From an uncultured Thermoplasmata archaeon (lineage in GTDB: Archaea > Thermoplasmatota > Thermoplasmata > UBA10834), in the NCBI GenBank assembly GCA_963705355.1, contig OY970070.1, positions 287,741 to 351,740 of the forward strand: 64,000 nt of DNA, in the 5' to 3' direction. Below are positions 46,165 through 55,444 of the stretch, piece after piece; the first letter of the stretch is position 1, and every line of letters begins with the position of its first letter. Under the pieces are notes generated by a model. That model searched no databases. It was not told where the DNA came from and saw nothing but the letters and a program-made list of their open reading frames with translations. The position numbers and the translations under genes were made by a program.

Positions 46165-47028
46165 TCAGGGTTCAAGATTCTTTGCATTCTGTGGCAAGGT
46201 GTTTCTAATCTTGCCCGCTTGGATAGCAAGTTCAAGCTCACCGATCTGACCATCCATGAACTGAGATACCAGGTCAATCATTGGCCTCGGCATCTCCTTG
46301 ACAAGCTCGATCTCCGGCTTTCTCAGCATCCCCAGGATGCCGTCTGGAATCTTCTGCTCCTGTTCGAGTATGGCATCGTCGACGGGAAGATTTGCATACC
46401 AGTTGCGGTAAGTCTCTCCCCTTGAGCTGTCGTGTCCAACATAGTACGCTGAGGCGGAATTGGTCAGTCTCGCATCCTCGCACTTCAAGCATACGAAATG
46501 CCTGAAGTCAGAAGGGCAGAGTTTGGGTAGCTTCCATCGCTGCTGGAATCGCGACCAGTATCTGCCCATGCAACCCTTGTCCAACGGCCTTGAGTTCTCG
46601 ATTCTTCCGTCCGAATGCCGCCAAGGAATGATAGGGTCTTCGGGTTTCATTCCAGTCCCTCTCTCATCGAGAGCTTCCTTCAGTATCTCTATGATGGCTG
46701 GCGGCAGATGCGCTCCTATCCAGGCATCCGTCTTGAAGTGCTCATCCCGTCCACTGGCCAGAATGGCGTGTGGCATTCCGGCTTCATCGTACTGGATGTT
46801 TCGCATCTTCAGGTTGTACAAGTGGCTCGGACGCCATCCGAACTCCATTGTCAGGAGCACAAGGAGCTTCGTGTAGGTGTCCGGCTCCTTCTCGACAGCT
46901 TCAATCCACTGCTGATTGAAATTAAAGGAAGAATGTCTGGCTCTTAGGAGGTGCACGGCTCGGCGCGCTCCCGAAGTGAGAAAAGCCCATAGGGGGGAAG
47001 AAAGGAAGGGGTTTGGCCGCCCCGTCAA
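46165..47028 (-). CDS. Tyrosine recombinase / phage-type integrase (catalytic-domain-like; possibly truncated)
   Basis: Candidate catalytic residues in order: R in MEFGWRPSHL, SDFRHF (HxxR box) and YYVGHDSSRGETYRNWY (Tyr nucleophile region). The first ~33 codons overlap R1 repeat copy 1. Confidence 0.55.
   Translation of the reverse strand: MTGRPNPFLSSPLWAFLTSGARRAVHLLRARHSSFNFNQQWIEAVEKEPDTYTKLLVLLTMEFGWRPSHLYNLKMRNIQYDEAGMPHAILASGRDEHFKTDAWIGAHLPPAIIEILKEALDERGTGMKPEDPIIPWRHSDGRIENSRPLDKGCMGRYWSRFQQRWKLPKLCPSDFRHFVCLKCEDARLTNSASAYYVGHDSSRGETYRNWYANLPVDDAILEQEQKIPDGILGMLRKPEIELVKEMPRPMIDLVSQFMDGQIGELELAIQAGKIRNTLPQNAKNLEP
46928..47022. repeat. Repeat R1 copy 1, long form (GAATGTCTGGCT...TGAGAAAAGCCCATAGGGGGGAAGAAAGGAAGGGGTTTGG)
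   Basis: ~75% identical over ~95 nt to 48633-48730, and core-identical to shorter copies at 59548, 59621, 61176, 61761 and 63060. Confidence 0.7.
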
Positions 47029-47167
47029 TCGCGTCTGATTGACAAAGAAGCCAGATGGGCCATCGCGATTTGAGCGCGAAGCCAGAACCTAGGACCCCCG
47101 GAGGAAATGCTCTCTCCTGCTCGATCTAGACGAAGGAGTCAAATCTGCGACTCTGCGATATCGTGCC

Positions 47168-48619
47168 TTGGATTTGGCGAGTGGGACAATGAGAAAAGAG
47201 CTAGTGCCCTATGCAAACCTGGTGACGGAATCTCGAAAGAGAGAGAAGAAAGCCCTCGATATGCTCGCGGAATTAGTGAAGTATCCCTCCGTCGCCATCA
47301 GGGACCACCCAACGATACTGGAGTGCGCCAGTTGTGTTGAGGATCAATTGAGGAAGTTCGGCTATTCCGTGAAACAGTATCCGACTGGGGGTTCGCCTGT
47401 TGTATTCGGCGAAAGGAACGTTGGGGCGGCAAAGACGCTTCTCATCTATGAACACTACGATGTCCAGCCCGAGGATCCTCTTGAGAGTTGGAGTGTCCCA
47501 CCTTGGCAGCTGACCATCAAGGGTGAGCGTTTCTATGGCAGGGGCACATGTGACACCAAGGGTCCCCACATCGCCAATCTGATTGGCATGAGCCTGATTG
47601 AGGACTTGCTTGGACAGCTTCCTGTTAACGTCAAGTTCGTCGTCGAGGGGGAAGAGGAGATTGGATCAGAGCATCTGCCTGTGTTCGCAATTCCAAACGG
47701 GGACCTACTGAAGGCCGATGGGGGAGTAATTGAAGCGCTAACAGTCAACCCTGGGAGTTCATCGGAGATGATAAGCGGGGCAAAAGGATGTGCCTATTTC
47801 GAACTGTCTGCAGAGGGTACGCCACCGTTCCCCAGGACCGACGCTCATTCAGGATTTGCAGGCGCCGTTCCGAATGCTGCCTGGAGACTGATTTGGGCAC
47901 TTGCCTCCCTCAAGGATGCGAACGAGAACATCCTGATTGAGGGCTTCAATGATTTGGTCAAGGAGCCGTCAGCGGAGGACCTGGCGGCTCTCAAGAACGC
48001 CCAACGGAGCTTGGAGAAGTTCTTGGCAGATGAGTATGGAGTGACGAGGACCATCCTCGATCGCAGAGGGCTCGACCTAAAGAGAGCGATCTATCTTGAA
48101 CCATGCATATCTGTGTGTGGAATCGAGAGTGGATACCGTGGCCCAGGATCAAAGTCGATTACGCCTGCGCGAGCCAAGACCAAACTTGACTTCAGGTTAG
48201 TCCCTGATCTCACTGAAGATAAAGTAGAAGCGTTGTTAAGAGCACATCTTGAGAGGAACGGCTTCTCCGACATCCGAGTGACAAGAGTTGACCGTGGCTA
48301 CGACCCGGCGAAGACTCCAATCAACGATCCGTTCATTCAACTCGTCCATCAAGCTGCAGCCGAAATCGCCTCCCCGGCTCCCGTTGACCTGATTCCTATG
48401 CATTGGGGGAGCGCCCCTCTTTATCTCTTCACCCCCCATGTTCCGTGCTGCATAATGGCCAGCGATGGAGATTTGCAGACGAACGCTCACGCCCCTGACG
48501 AGAACTGGATTAGGTCGAGTATGTGTAACAGTATGGCTTTCGTCGCGCTTGTGGCCGAACGAATGGCTGCAACATCAAAGGGTTTGTGGGACAACGAAGA
48601 AGAACTCAATTCCGGCTGA
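47168..48619 (+). CDS. M20-family dipeptidase / peptidase (ArgE/DapE/PepV-like)
   Basis: M20 metal-binding blocks (YEHYDVQP, GRGTCDTKG, VEGEEEIGS) and a dimerisation domain. The true start may be ATG 47189. Confidence 0.75.
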   Translation: MDLASGTMRKELVPYANLVTESRKREKKALDMLAELVKYPSVAIRDHPTILECASCVEDQLRKFGYSVKQYPTGGSPVVFGERNVGAAKTLLIYEHYDVQPEDPLESWSVPPWQLTIKGERFYGRGTCDTKGPHIANLIGMSLIEDLLGQLPVNVKFVVEGEEEIGSEHLPVFAIPNGDLLKADGGVIEALTVNPGSSSEMISGAKGCAYFELSAEGTPPFPRTDAHSGFAGAVPNAAWRLIWALASLKDANENILIEGFNDLVKEPSAEDLAALKNAQRSLEKFLADEYGVTRTILDRRGLDLKRAIYLEPCISVCGIESGYRGPGSKSITPARAKTKLDFRLVPDLTEDKVEALLRAHLERNGFSDIRVTRVDRGYDPAKTPINDPFIQLVHQAAAEIASPAPVDLIPMHWGSAPLYLFTPHVPCCIMASDGDLQTNAHAPDENWIRSSMCNSMAFVALVAERMAATSKGLWDNEEELNSG

Positions 48620-48632
48620 TTGAAATCAGAAA

Positions 48633-48730
48633 AAGAATGTCTGGCTTAGTGTGGGTGCGCGCCCCTGCGGCCGCACTCAGCTGTTTTGAGAAAAGCCAAT
48701 AGGGGAGGAAAGGCGACCGATGTTCAAACC
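48633..48730. repeat. Repeat R1 copy 2, long form with internal GC hairpin (GTGCGCGCC...GGCCGCAC) and core GAGAAAAGCCAATAGGGGAGGAAAGGCGACCGATGTTCAAACC
   Basis: Direct repeat of 46928-47022. Together the two copies flank the M20 peptidase gene. Confidence 0.7.
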
Positions 48731-48804
48731 GCAATTCACGCCACATCCGAAAAAAGGCTATAGAGAAGGACAAATCCGAAGGCCTAGGAATCGCATTCAC
48801 CCCT

Positions 48805-48957
48805 ATGGAGAGCGAAAGGTTGGTTAGTGTGTATGAGTGCAATGTGTGCCACTTTCTGTTCGGGAAACATGCCCCCCAGTGTCCAGTTTGCCACCATGGG
48901 GCGCTGTCTATGGTTGGCTCCTTTCTCCCTGAGAAAGGACATGAACAACCACCCTGA
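48805..48957 (+). CDS. Small zinc-ribbon (rubredoxin-like CxxC...CxxC) protein, 50 aa, not in the ORF track
   Basis: MESERLVSVYECNVCHFLFGKHAPQCPVCHHGALSMVGSFLPEKGHEQPP has two CxxC knuckles 10 residues apart. It lies in repeat-rich intergenic DNA, so could be fortuitous. Confidence 0.35.
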   Translation: MESERLVSVYECNVCHFLFGKHAPQCPVCHHGALSMVGSFLPEKGHEQPP

Positions 48958-48976
48958 GTGGCGCTTTCCGTCTGCT

Positions 48977-49017
48977 GGAAAAGGCAATAGACAAGGAAAT
49001 GAGAAGGGTTTGGTGCG
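48977..49017. repeat. Degenerate R1 copy (GGAAAAGGCAATAGACAAGGAAATGAGAAGGGTTTGGTGCG)
   Basis: Shares the head GGAAAAG-C-ATAG and the tail AAGGGTTTGG with copy 1. Confidence 0.45.
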
Positions 49018-49238
49018 TTCTCCGAAGACTCAATTAGCCAGATTAGCTTCCGAGCCAGTGTGTCTCGAAACGGGGTCGGTCTACCCTACTCTCGCCACTC
49101 CGGACCCGATTTTTTTGGAATGACTTTCTGGAAGGCGCAATGCAATGCTCACCTTCCACGGCCATCATTCTGTGAAGTGGTGGGTCAACCTCATGACATC
49201 TCGGTAAGGCACGACGCCGACGATCCTGCCCTCGGCGT

Positions 49239-50342
49239 CTACGACCGGCAGCGAGCGTTCATCAGCCTCCCCTGCAGGGGCTCGAGCTTCGGATGCGTGA
49301 AGGAGCCATTCTCTTCGATGACCTCGCCATCAAAGAACACAGAGGGCTTTATCGTCACGCCGTCGATGTGGCTCTTCGCGAGGGGGTAGCCGCCATGAAA
49401 GGAGGCCATCTGAGAGCCGAAGCCCGTGACAAATACACCGAAGGCCCGCTCGTCCTCGAGGATTTTTCCCGAGAGGCGAGCCCCGGGGTTGAAGCCGAAG
49501 CAAAAGTGTGCCACATTATACATCCTGCGGTCTCGGAAGTGCCGAATCCATTCACGCAGAATATCTGCAGCCTTCCCGTCACCGATGGAAACGATTCGCC
49601 CTTTCGAGAGCTCCAGGCGGATTGGCTCTTTCAATGGTGCGAGAGGATCGGGAGGCCACACCGTGCCGTCTAGGACTAGGCTCCCCTCAATCGTGCCCTC
49701 CATCGCAGCCCAAGAGAGCTGCCCGCCCAGGTAGCTATCACGACCAGAAACCACGCACTCCCCCGTGTCAAGGAATATGGGTCGCTTCCCGTTTTTGAAG
49801 CTGATGTCCGTGCCTGCGAGAGATGTCACACGAATCTCCTTCGCTCTAGCGGTCATCTCCTGTAGCGTCATCCCGAATTTCTTCAGATCAGGGAGAGACA
49901 CATTTCCTATGCACCGAGTCATCATATCCGCGTCCATCCCCGAGAGGCAGAGTGCCCTCGCGCCCGCAGCCATGGCGCGCTCGAAGGCTTTCGTGGTGAT
50001 GAGATACGTCCGCGCGAACTCCACAAGGACATCTGCGCTCTTCATCGCTTCCGCGAAGGAAGCTGGGGGTTCGGTGCCCAGCGGCCCTTTGATATGGTAC
50101 CAAACTTCCAGTGACTGGCCCCCACGAGTCTCCACCGCGTCAGCTGTCGCGCGCACGACACTCGGATCCGCGCCTTGGTCGCCATAGACGATGACCGTCT
50201 CGCCCTTCTTTAACCGTAGCAAGTCTCTAACAATAACCGTCGCCACGCCCTTTACGTTCTCCGTATAAATCCCCTCCAGTGACCAGATCTGCGGCTTAAG
50301 AAAGTTCGCATCAGCGCGCCTCCTTTCTATGCTTCTTCTCAA
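49239..50342 (-). CDS. Putative aminopeptidase (M29/AmpS-like); weak assignment
   Basis: Size and blocks (FLDTGECVV, HFCFGFNPG) are compatible with thermophilic-metalloprotease M29 proteins. Last gene of the opp cluster. Confidence 0.35.
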   Translation of the reverse strand: MRRSIERRRADANFLKPQIWSLEGIYTENVKGVATVIVRDLLRLKKGETVIVYGDQGADPSVVRATADAVETRGGQSLEVWYHIKGPLGTEPPASFAEAMKSADVLVEFARTYLITTKAFERAMAAGARALCLSGMDADMMTRCIGNVSLPDLKKFGMTLQEMTARAKEIRVTSLAGTDISFKNGKRPIFLDTGECVVSGRDSYLGGQLSWAAMEGTIEGSLVLDGTVWPPDPLAPLKEPIRLELSKGRIVSIGDGKAADILREWIRHFRDRRMYNVAHFCFGFNPGARLSGKILEDERAFGVFVTGFGSQMASFHGGYPLAKSHIDGVTIKPSVFFDGEVIEENGSFTHPKLEPLQGRLMNARCRS

Positions 50343-51420
50343 CGGGCACGAACTTTGATCTGAACCCGAAGTATCCAGGGCCGAAAACTTCGATACCCTT
50401 CGGCGTCCGCCATATGTTCGGGGCGGGAAGGCCGAAGACCGCGATCGACTGGCCCTTCGTCACCCAAGGATTCAGAACCGGCACGCGCTCTTCGATATCT
50501 AGGAGGCAGATAAGGTCTGGTACTGTGACGTCGACCTTATCATCGCGCCATGCGATGATGTTCTCGTTCTTGAACCATATCCTGTAACGCTTCCCGTAGT
50601 CCTTGTCCACGCTACGAAGGGAGATTTCACCGAAGGTGAACCCCTCCTTGTCCTGATACTTGCAGTTCGCCATCGCCACGCCTCGGAACAGGAGGTAACC
50701 GCCCGTGGCCTCGAGGATCGCTTCGATGACATTCGCCTTGCCGCGGATCGCTTGTCCGACTCTTTCACAAAAGGTGATAGACCGCAATACAAGACCCTTC
50801 CGCAGACTCCCGACACAGCCCGGATGATCTGCGACACCGACATGCCCCCCACTAATCACGGCCATGGAGCGGACAAAAGCCTCGGCGTGAAAATCGTCCA
50901 TCACGCGCTGTACGATCACCTCATCCCCGTATTTATTCGCAATGCCCATGGGCGCAATGGGGATTCCCGCGACGAAGTATGTCGAGTGCTGGAGGTCAGG
51001 TACGGAACGGCCTGCGCCATCCGCATCCAAAACAGGGAGCCCGAGCTGAGCAGCGACGGACAGGGCGGCAGCCGTGTTCCCTCCACCGAGTTCCGAAGCC
51101 ACGATGCTCCCGAAGGCAACGCCGAGATGGCGTTCGAGAGCCCTCGTTGCCAATAGGCATTCTTGTCCATCGTAGAGTATCTCTTCTTTCGCCTTGAAAA
51201 CGGTTTTCCCGGTTGGCGCGAGACTCCCGCAGTAATATGGCGTGCACATCCAGGTCTCCTGTGGTAATTCATCTGGATCTGCGAGGCGGATCGAGCGGCC
51301 CGCCTTCAAATCCGCCGCGACCGTTTCGAGCCCCTTATCCAACGACCCGCCACCACCGGTCCCCAGGAACGCTGCGCCTACCAAGATATCCTGCACATTC
51401 GCCAAGTTTAGTGTTCTCAT
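50311..51420 (-). CDS. DUF917-family protein
   Basis: N-terminus VGAAFLGTGGGGS and a size (~369 aa) typical of DUF917. This family is often encoded with hydantoinase or peptide-utilisation genes. Confidence 0.5.
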   Translation of the reverse strand: MRTLNLANVQDILVGAAFLGTGGGGSLDKGLETVAADLKAGRSIRLADPDELPQETWMCTPYYCGSLAPTGKTVFKAKEEILYDGQECLLATRALERHLGVAFGSIVASELGGGNTAAALSVAAQLGLPVLDADGAGRSVPDLQHSTYFVAGIPIAPMGIANKYGDEVIVQRVMDDFHAEAFVRSMAVISGGHVGVADHPGCVGSLRKGLVLRSITFCERVGQAIRGKANVIEAILEATGGYLLFRGVAMANCKYQDKEGFTFGEISLRSVDKDYGKRYRIWFKNENIIAWRDDKVDVTVPDLICLLDIEERVPVLNPWVTKGQSIAVFGLPAPNIWRTPKGIEVFGPGYFGFRSKFVPVEKKHRKEAR

Positions 51421-52391
51421 GTGACTTCCTCCGATATCATTTCAACGAAATGACAGGCAACCCAGGTCTTCCTCACTTGGCGGAGAGGAGGCTCCTCCTT
51501 GGTGCATCGCTCCTGGGCCCACGAACACCGAGTGCGGAAGCGGCAGCCCGACGGCGGCTCCAGCGCCGAAGGAATCTCCCCCTTCAGAGGGAGGCGGGCG
51601 CGCTCCCGTCCCGGCTCGGGTAATGGCACGGCGTTCCGCAACGCCATCGTATACGGGTGTTGGCCATCCCGGAGGACGTCCACGGCGCCGCCGACCTCCA
51701 TGAGTTTCCCTAGGTACATTACGCCCACGCGATCCGCGAGATAGCTCACGAGGGCTAAATCATGGCTGATGAAAAGGTATGTGAGGCCAAGGTCCGTCTG
51801 TAGCTCCTTCAAAAGGTTCACGATTTGGGCTTGGACGGAGACATCGAGGGATGATGTCGGTTCGTCCAAGACGATGAACTTCGGCTCGAGGGCGAGAGCC
51901 CGCGCGATGGCGATGCGTTGGCACTGCCCGCCGCTCAGCTCGTGGGGATAGCTCTCCGCGACCTCGGGATTGAGCCCCACACGTCGGAGCAACTCGCTCA
52001 CTGCGTTACGCGCATCCTGTGAGGTCAATCTCCGATGGACTCGCAACGGCTCGGCGATAGCCTGACCCACGCGCATTCGTGGGTCTAAAGAGGCAATAGG
52101 ATTTTGAAAGACAATCTGCATCCGTAACCGCGTCTGTCGGAGGACCTCCCCGCGAATTACGGTAAGCTCCCGGCCGTCAAACCAAATGTGGCCCGAGGTA
52201 GGCTCGACAAGGCGAAGGATGCAGCGGCCGAGAGTACTCTTCCCAGAGCCGCTCTCTCCCACGAGACCGAAGGTCTCCCCCTCCTCGATATCGAGGTTCA
52301 CGCCGTCGACCGCATGGACGTATGCGCGTCCAGCAAAGCCCTTGTGAACAGGGAAGAGCTTCGTGAAATTCTCTATGCGAACGATGCTCAT
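51417..52391 (-). CDS. oppF: Oligopeptide/dipeptide ABC transporter ATP-binding protein (OppF/DppF-type)
   Basis: Walker [10 protein letters not shown], signature LSGGQCQR, Walker [14 protein letters not shown]-terminal oligopeptide-transporter domain. Confidence 0.85.
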   Translation of the reverse strand: MSIVRIENFTKLFPVHKGFAGRAYVHAVDGVNLDIEEGETFGLVGESGSGKSTLGRCILRLVEPTSGHIWFDGRELTVIRGEVLRQTRLRMQIVFQNPIASLDPRMRVGQAIAEPLRVHRRLTSQDARNAVSELLRRVGLNPEVAESYPHELSGGQCQRIAIARALALEPKFIVLDEPTSSLDVSVQAQIVNLLKELQTDLGLTYLFISHDLALVSYLADRVGVMYLGKLMEVGGAVDVLRDGQHPYTMALRNAVPLPEPGRERARLPLKGEIPSALEPPSGCRFRTRCSWAQERCTKEEPPLRQVRKTWVACHFVEMISEEVT

Positions 52392-53362
52392 TCCTTCACC
52401 CCCTCATAAAGAAGGCACGCGGCGCTGTGCCCGGGCTGTGGCTCGAGAAGTTCGGGACGACGGACCGCGCAAGTCTTCATCGCGAATTCGCATCGTGGAT
52501 GGTAACGGCATCCGCCCGGTGGATTGATGAGGCTCGGGACGCTTCCGGGGATGGATGCAAGCGGTTTCTCTCGCACGTCCGCCCGTGGGATGGACTTCAG
52601 GAGGCGCTGGGTATAGGGATGTAAAGGGTTCTGGAAAAGATCGCACACCGGCGCCACCTCCGCGAGCGCACCAGCGTACATAACACCCACCTGCATGCAA
52701 GTCTCTGCAACAATGCCGAGGTTATGGGTGATGAGAAGAACCGAGAGGCGGAATTCCCGCTGGAGTTCTACGAGAAGGTCGAGGATCTGAGCCTGGATTG
52801 TGACGTCAACGGCAGTCGTGGGTTCGTCTGCGATGAGGAGTTGAGGTCGGCAGGCAAGAGCCATGGAAATCATCACGCGCTGCTGCATCCCGCCGCTGAG
52901 TTCGTGGGGGTAACTCCGCAGGACGTTTTCCGGGTCCGGCAGGCCCACGCGCCGGAAAAGATCGAGGCTCCGGCGTTTTGCTATATCCTTATCCACGCTT
53001 TCGTGGGTCATGATGATCCGGGTGATTTGCTTCCCCACGGAGAAGACGGGATTCAGGCTCGTTGCAGGATCCTGGAAGATCATGGAAATCGCCGTGCCGC
53101 GGAGGTGCTCCATCTCCGCCTCTGTCTTCGAGAGGAGTTCCTCTCCCATGAAATGAATGCTGCCCGTGCGAATGCGAGCGTTCGGAGGCAGGAGCCCCAG
53201 AATCGTGAGGGCTGTAACAGTTTTCCCGCACCCCGTCTCGCCCACCAATCCGAAGATTTCGCCCTCTCCAATCGAAAAGGTGACATGGTCCAACACCTTC
53301 GCAGTCCCGATTTCGGTTGTGAACTCAAGGCTCAGGTCCTTCACTTCGAGTAGGGATTTCAT
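52388..53362 (-). CDS. oppD: Oligopeptide/dipeptide ABC transporter ATP-binding protein (OppD/DppD-type)
   Basis: Walker A GETGCGKT, signature LSGGMQQR, Walker B LLIADEPTTAVD. Confidence 0.85.
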   Translation of the reverse strand: MKSLLEVKDLSLEFTTEIGTAKVLDHVTFSIGEGEIFGLVGETGCGKTVTALTILGLLPPNARIRTGSIHFMGEELLSKTEAEMEHLRGTAISMIFQDPATSLNPVFSVGKQITRIIMTHESVDKDIAKRRSLDLFRRVGLPDPENVLRSYPHELSGGMQQRVMISMALACRPQLLIADEPTTAVDVTIQAQILDLLVELQREFRLSVLLITHNLGIVAETCMQVGVMYAGALAEVAPVCDLFQNPLHPYTQRLLKSIPRADVREKPLASIPGSVPSLINPPGGCRYHPRCEFAMKTCAVRRPELLEPQPGHSAACLLYEGVKE

Positions 53363-54282
53363 ATCAACAACCGCCTCCGCCGTAGCTTAGGGTCGAGGGC
53401 ATCCCGGAAGCTATCTCCCAGGAGGTTGAATGAGAGGACCACGAGGAAAATAGCGAGTCCCGTGAATGTGGAATACCACCAGTAAGTGACGAAGCTTCCT
53501 GTCACATAAGCGGTGTTAAATATCACACCCCAATCGGGGATGGGAGGCTGCGCACCGAGACCGAGCCAACTCAAGGATGCGGCAATGAGAATCGCGGACC
53601 CGACATCCATAGATGCTTGGATTGTCGCTGGCGTGATGGAATTCGGCAGAATGTGCCGCAGGATGATCCGGGGGCGGGGCAACCCGAGCACGACCGCCGC
53701 CTCGACGAACGGCTGCGAGCGGATATGAATGACCTGGGAGTGCACAAGTCGTGTGTACCAAGGCCAAAAGCTCACCGCAATCGCGATGATTACGGCGTTT
53801 GTGCCACGACCCAATGTCGCCGCAATCACGAATGCGAGGATGATAGGTGGGAAGGCGAGGAACATGTCCGTGACCCGCATAATGACTTCTTCTACCAGGC
53901 CGCGCACGTACCCCGCGAGCACCCCAAGGAGGACGCCGACGGGGAAAGCTATGGCGATTGTCAGGACACCGACCTTGAGCGCTAGGCTCGCGCCGAACCA
54001 CAGACGTGCAAGGAGATCGCGCCCGAACTCGTCCGTGCCAAAGGGGTGTTCCCAGCTCGGTGATTGAAGCCTCTCCGCAACGTTTGTCTGCCCTTGCCCT
54101 TGAACGGAATACGGGACGAGGGAGGGCAGGAAGAGTGCAATGAGGGCCGCGCCCACAAAGAGCATGAGGATTACGAAACCCAGGAGGCCGAGAGGGTCTC
54201 GTCGGAGGATTCTCCAGAGCCCGCGAATGAACCCCATTGCTGCAGTTTGGACGCGGGCCAGAGCTGGAGATTCGGTCCCCAT
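53359..54282 (-). CDS. oppC: Oligopeptide ABC transporter permease (OppC/DppC-type)
   Basis: BPD-transporter permease with an EAA-like loop. Start reassigned to ATG 54282 (MGTESPALARV...) because the track ORF overlaps oppB by 170 nt. Confidence 0.75.
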   Translation of the reverse strand: MGTESPALARVQTAAMGFIRGLWRILRRDPLGLLGFVILMLFVGAALIALFLPSLVPYSVQGQGQTNVAERLQSPSWEHPFGTDEFGRDLLARLWFGASLALKVGVLTIAIAFPVGVLLGVLAGYVRGLVEEVIMRVTDMFLAFPPIILAFVIAATLGRGTNAVIIAIAVSFWPWYTRLVHSQVIHIRSQPFVEAAVVLGLPRPRIILRHILPNSITPATIQASMDVGSAILIAASLSWLGLGAQPPIPDWGVIFNTAYVTGSFVTYWWYSTFTGLAIFLVVLSFNLLGDSFRDALDPKLRRRRLLI

Positions 54283-54284
54283 TA

Positions 54285-54384
54285 CCCCTTTATCAGTACT
54301 ATCTGGGGATTCCAAAAGGATTGGCTTCATCATTATCAACCTCCCCCCTTTGCCAGTACTATCCGGGGATCCAAAAAGGATTGG
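54285..54384. repeat. Tandem ~40-nt direct duplication (CCCTTTRYCAGTACTATCYGGGGAT-CCAAAAGGATTGG) spanning the oppB 3' end and the oppB-oppC spacer
   Basis: Two copies 60 nt apart. One encodes the OppB C-terminus (FLDPRIVLAKGGG). The other lies in the spacer and supplies an AAAGGGG RBS-like sequence before the oppC start. Confidence 0.6.
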
Positions 54385-55433
54385 ATGAGGTCCACGGCGA
54401 GGTTCATGACCACGTAGAAAATTGCCACGACAATCGTGCAGCCGAGGATTGCAGGGTAGTCGAAGGAGAGCGCAGACAGAAAGGCGTACTGTCCAATCCC
54501 ATTCCATACAAAGATATTCTCAATGAGAAACGCCCCCGTGAGTTCGTAAGCAAAGGAAAGACTCACAACGACGATGGTAGGAGCGATTGCATTCTTGAGA
54601 GCGTACCGATAATGTATGACACGGGCAGGCATACCGTAAGCCTTGGCCGTACGGATATAATTCTCGCCAAGAACCTCGATCATCATCGTCCGCACCATGC
54701 GCGTCACGAGACCAAGCGGATAAAGCGCCAGCGTAATGGCCGGCAGGATGAGATGCACGACGGCGTCCTCAAAACGGACGAAGTTCCCATGGAGGAGCGC
54801 ATCGATCACAAGGAAGCCCGTAATTCTCTTCATAGGATAGACAATAGCCAGACTGTCCGAGAAGCGGCCCTGGAGGGGCAGGATACCTAATATTTGGACG
54901 AGAATCATCTGGAGGAGGACCGCGACCCAGAAGGAAGGGAGAGCAACCCCGCCCACCGCGAAGAAACGGGCGAGATGGTCTGGCCACTTACCACGACGAA
55001 CCCCCGCGAGGATGCCGAGGGGGATCCCCACGCCAATTGCAATGAGCAGAGAGGCCGTAATCAATTCGAAAGTCGCGGGCAACTTCACTTCGATATCCTT
55101 GAGGACAGGGTTGTGTGTCCGGATAGAGGTGCCCAAGTCACCGTGGAAGAGGCCTGTGACGTAGTACCAGAACTGCACAGGCAGAGAATCGTCTAAGTGT
55201 AGTTCTGCGCGAGCCTGCGCGAGATTCTCCGGAGTCGCATGGATACCCACCCAAAGGCCCGCAGGATCCGCAGGGATCACCCGACAAAGGAAGAAGGTGA
55301 TCACCACGACCCCGAAGACCACCAGGACGGCGAGGAGTACCCGGCGTAGTAGGAAACGAGCAAACGCCCCTCCCGCGGCCCCAGGCTTGCGGGCCCTCCG
55401 CGCTATTGTCCACTGGCGAGACGGAGGGCCCAC
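54336..55433 (-). CDS. oppB: Oligopeptide ABC transporter permease (OppB/DppB-type)
   Basis: Six-TM BPD-transporter permease with the conserved EAA-region block (IRTAKAYGMP). Confidence 0.8.
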   Translation of the reverse strand: MGPPSRQWTIARRARKPGAAGGAFARFLLRRVLLAVLVVFGVVVITFFLCRVIPADPAGLWVGIHATPENLAQARAELHLDDSLPVQFWYYVTGLFHGDLGTSIRTHNPVLKDIEVKLPATFELITASLLIAIGVGIPLGILAGVRRGKWPDHLARFFAVGGVALPSFWVAVLLQMILVQILGILPLQGRFSDSLAIVYPMKRITGFLVIDALLHGNFVRFEDAVVHLILPAITLALYPLGLVTRMVRTMMIEVLGENYIRTAKAYGMPARVIHYRYALKNAIAPTIVVVSLSFAYELTGAFLIENIFVWNGIGQYAFLSALSFDYPAILGCTIVVAIFYVVMNLAVDLIQSFLDPRIVLAKGGG

Positions 55434-55444
55434 GTCTTCAGTCC

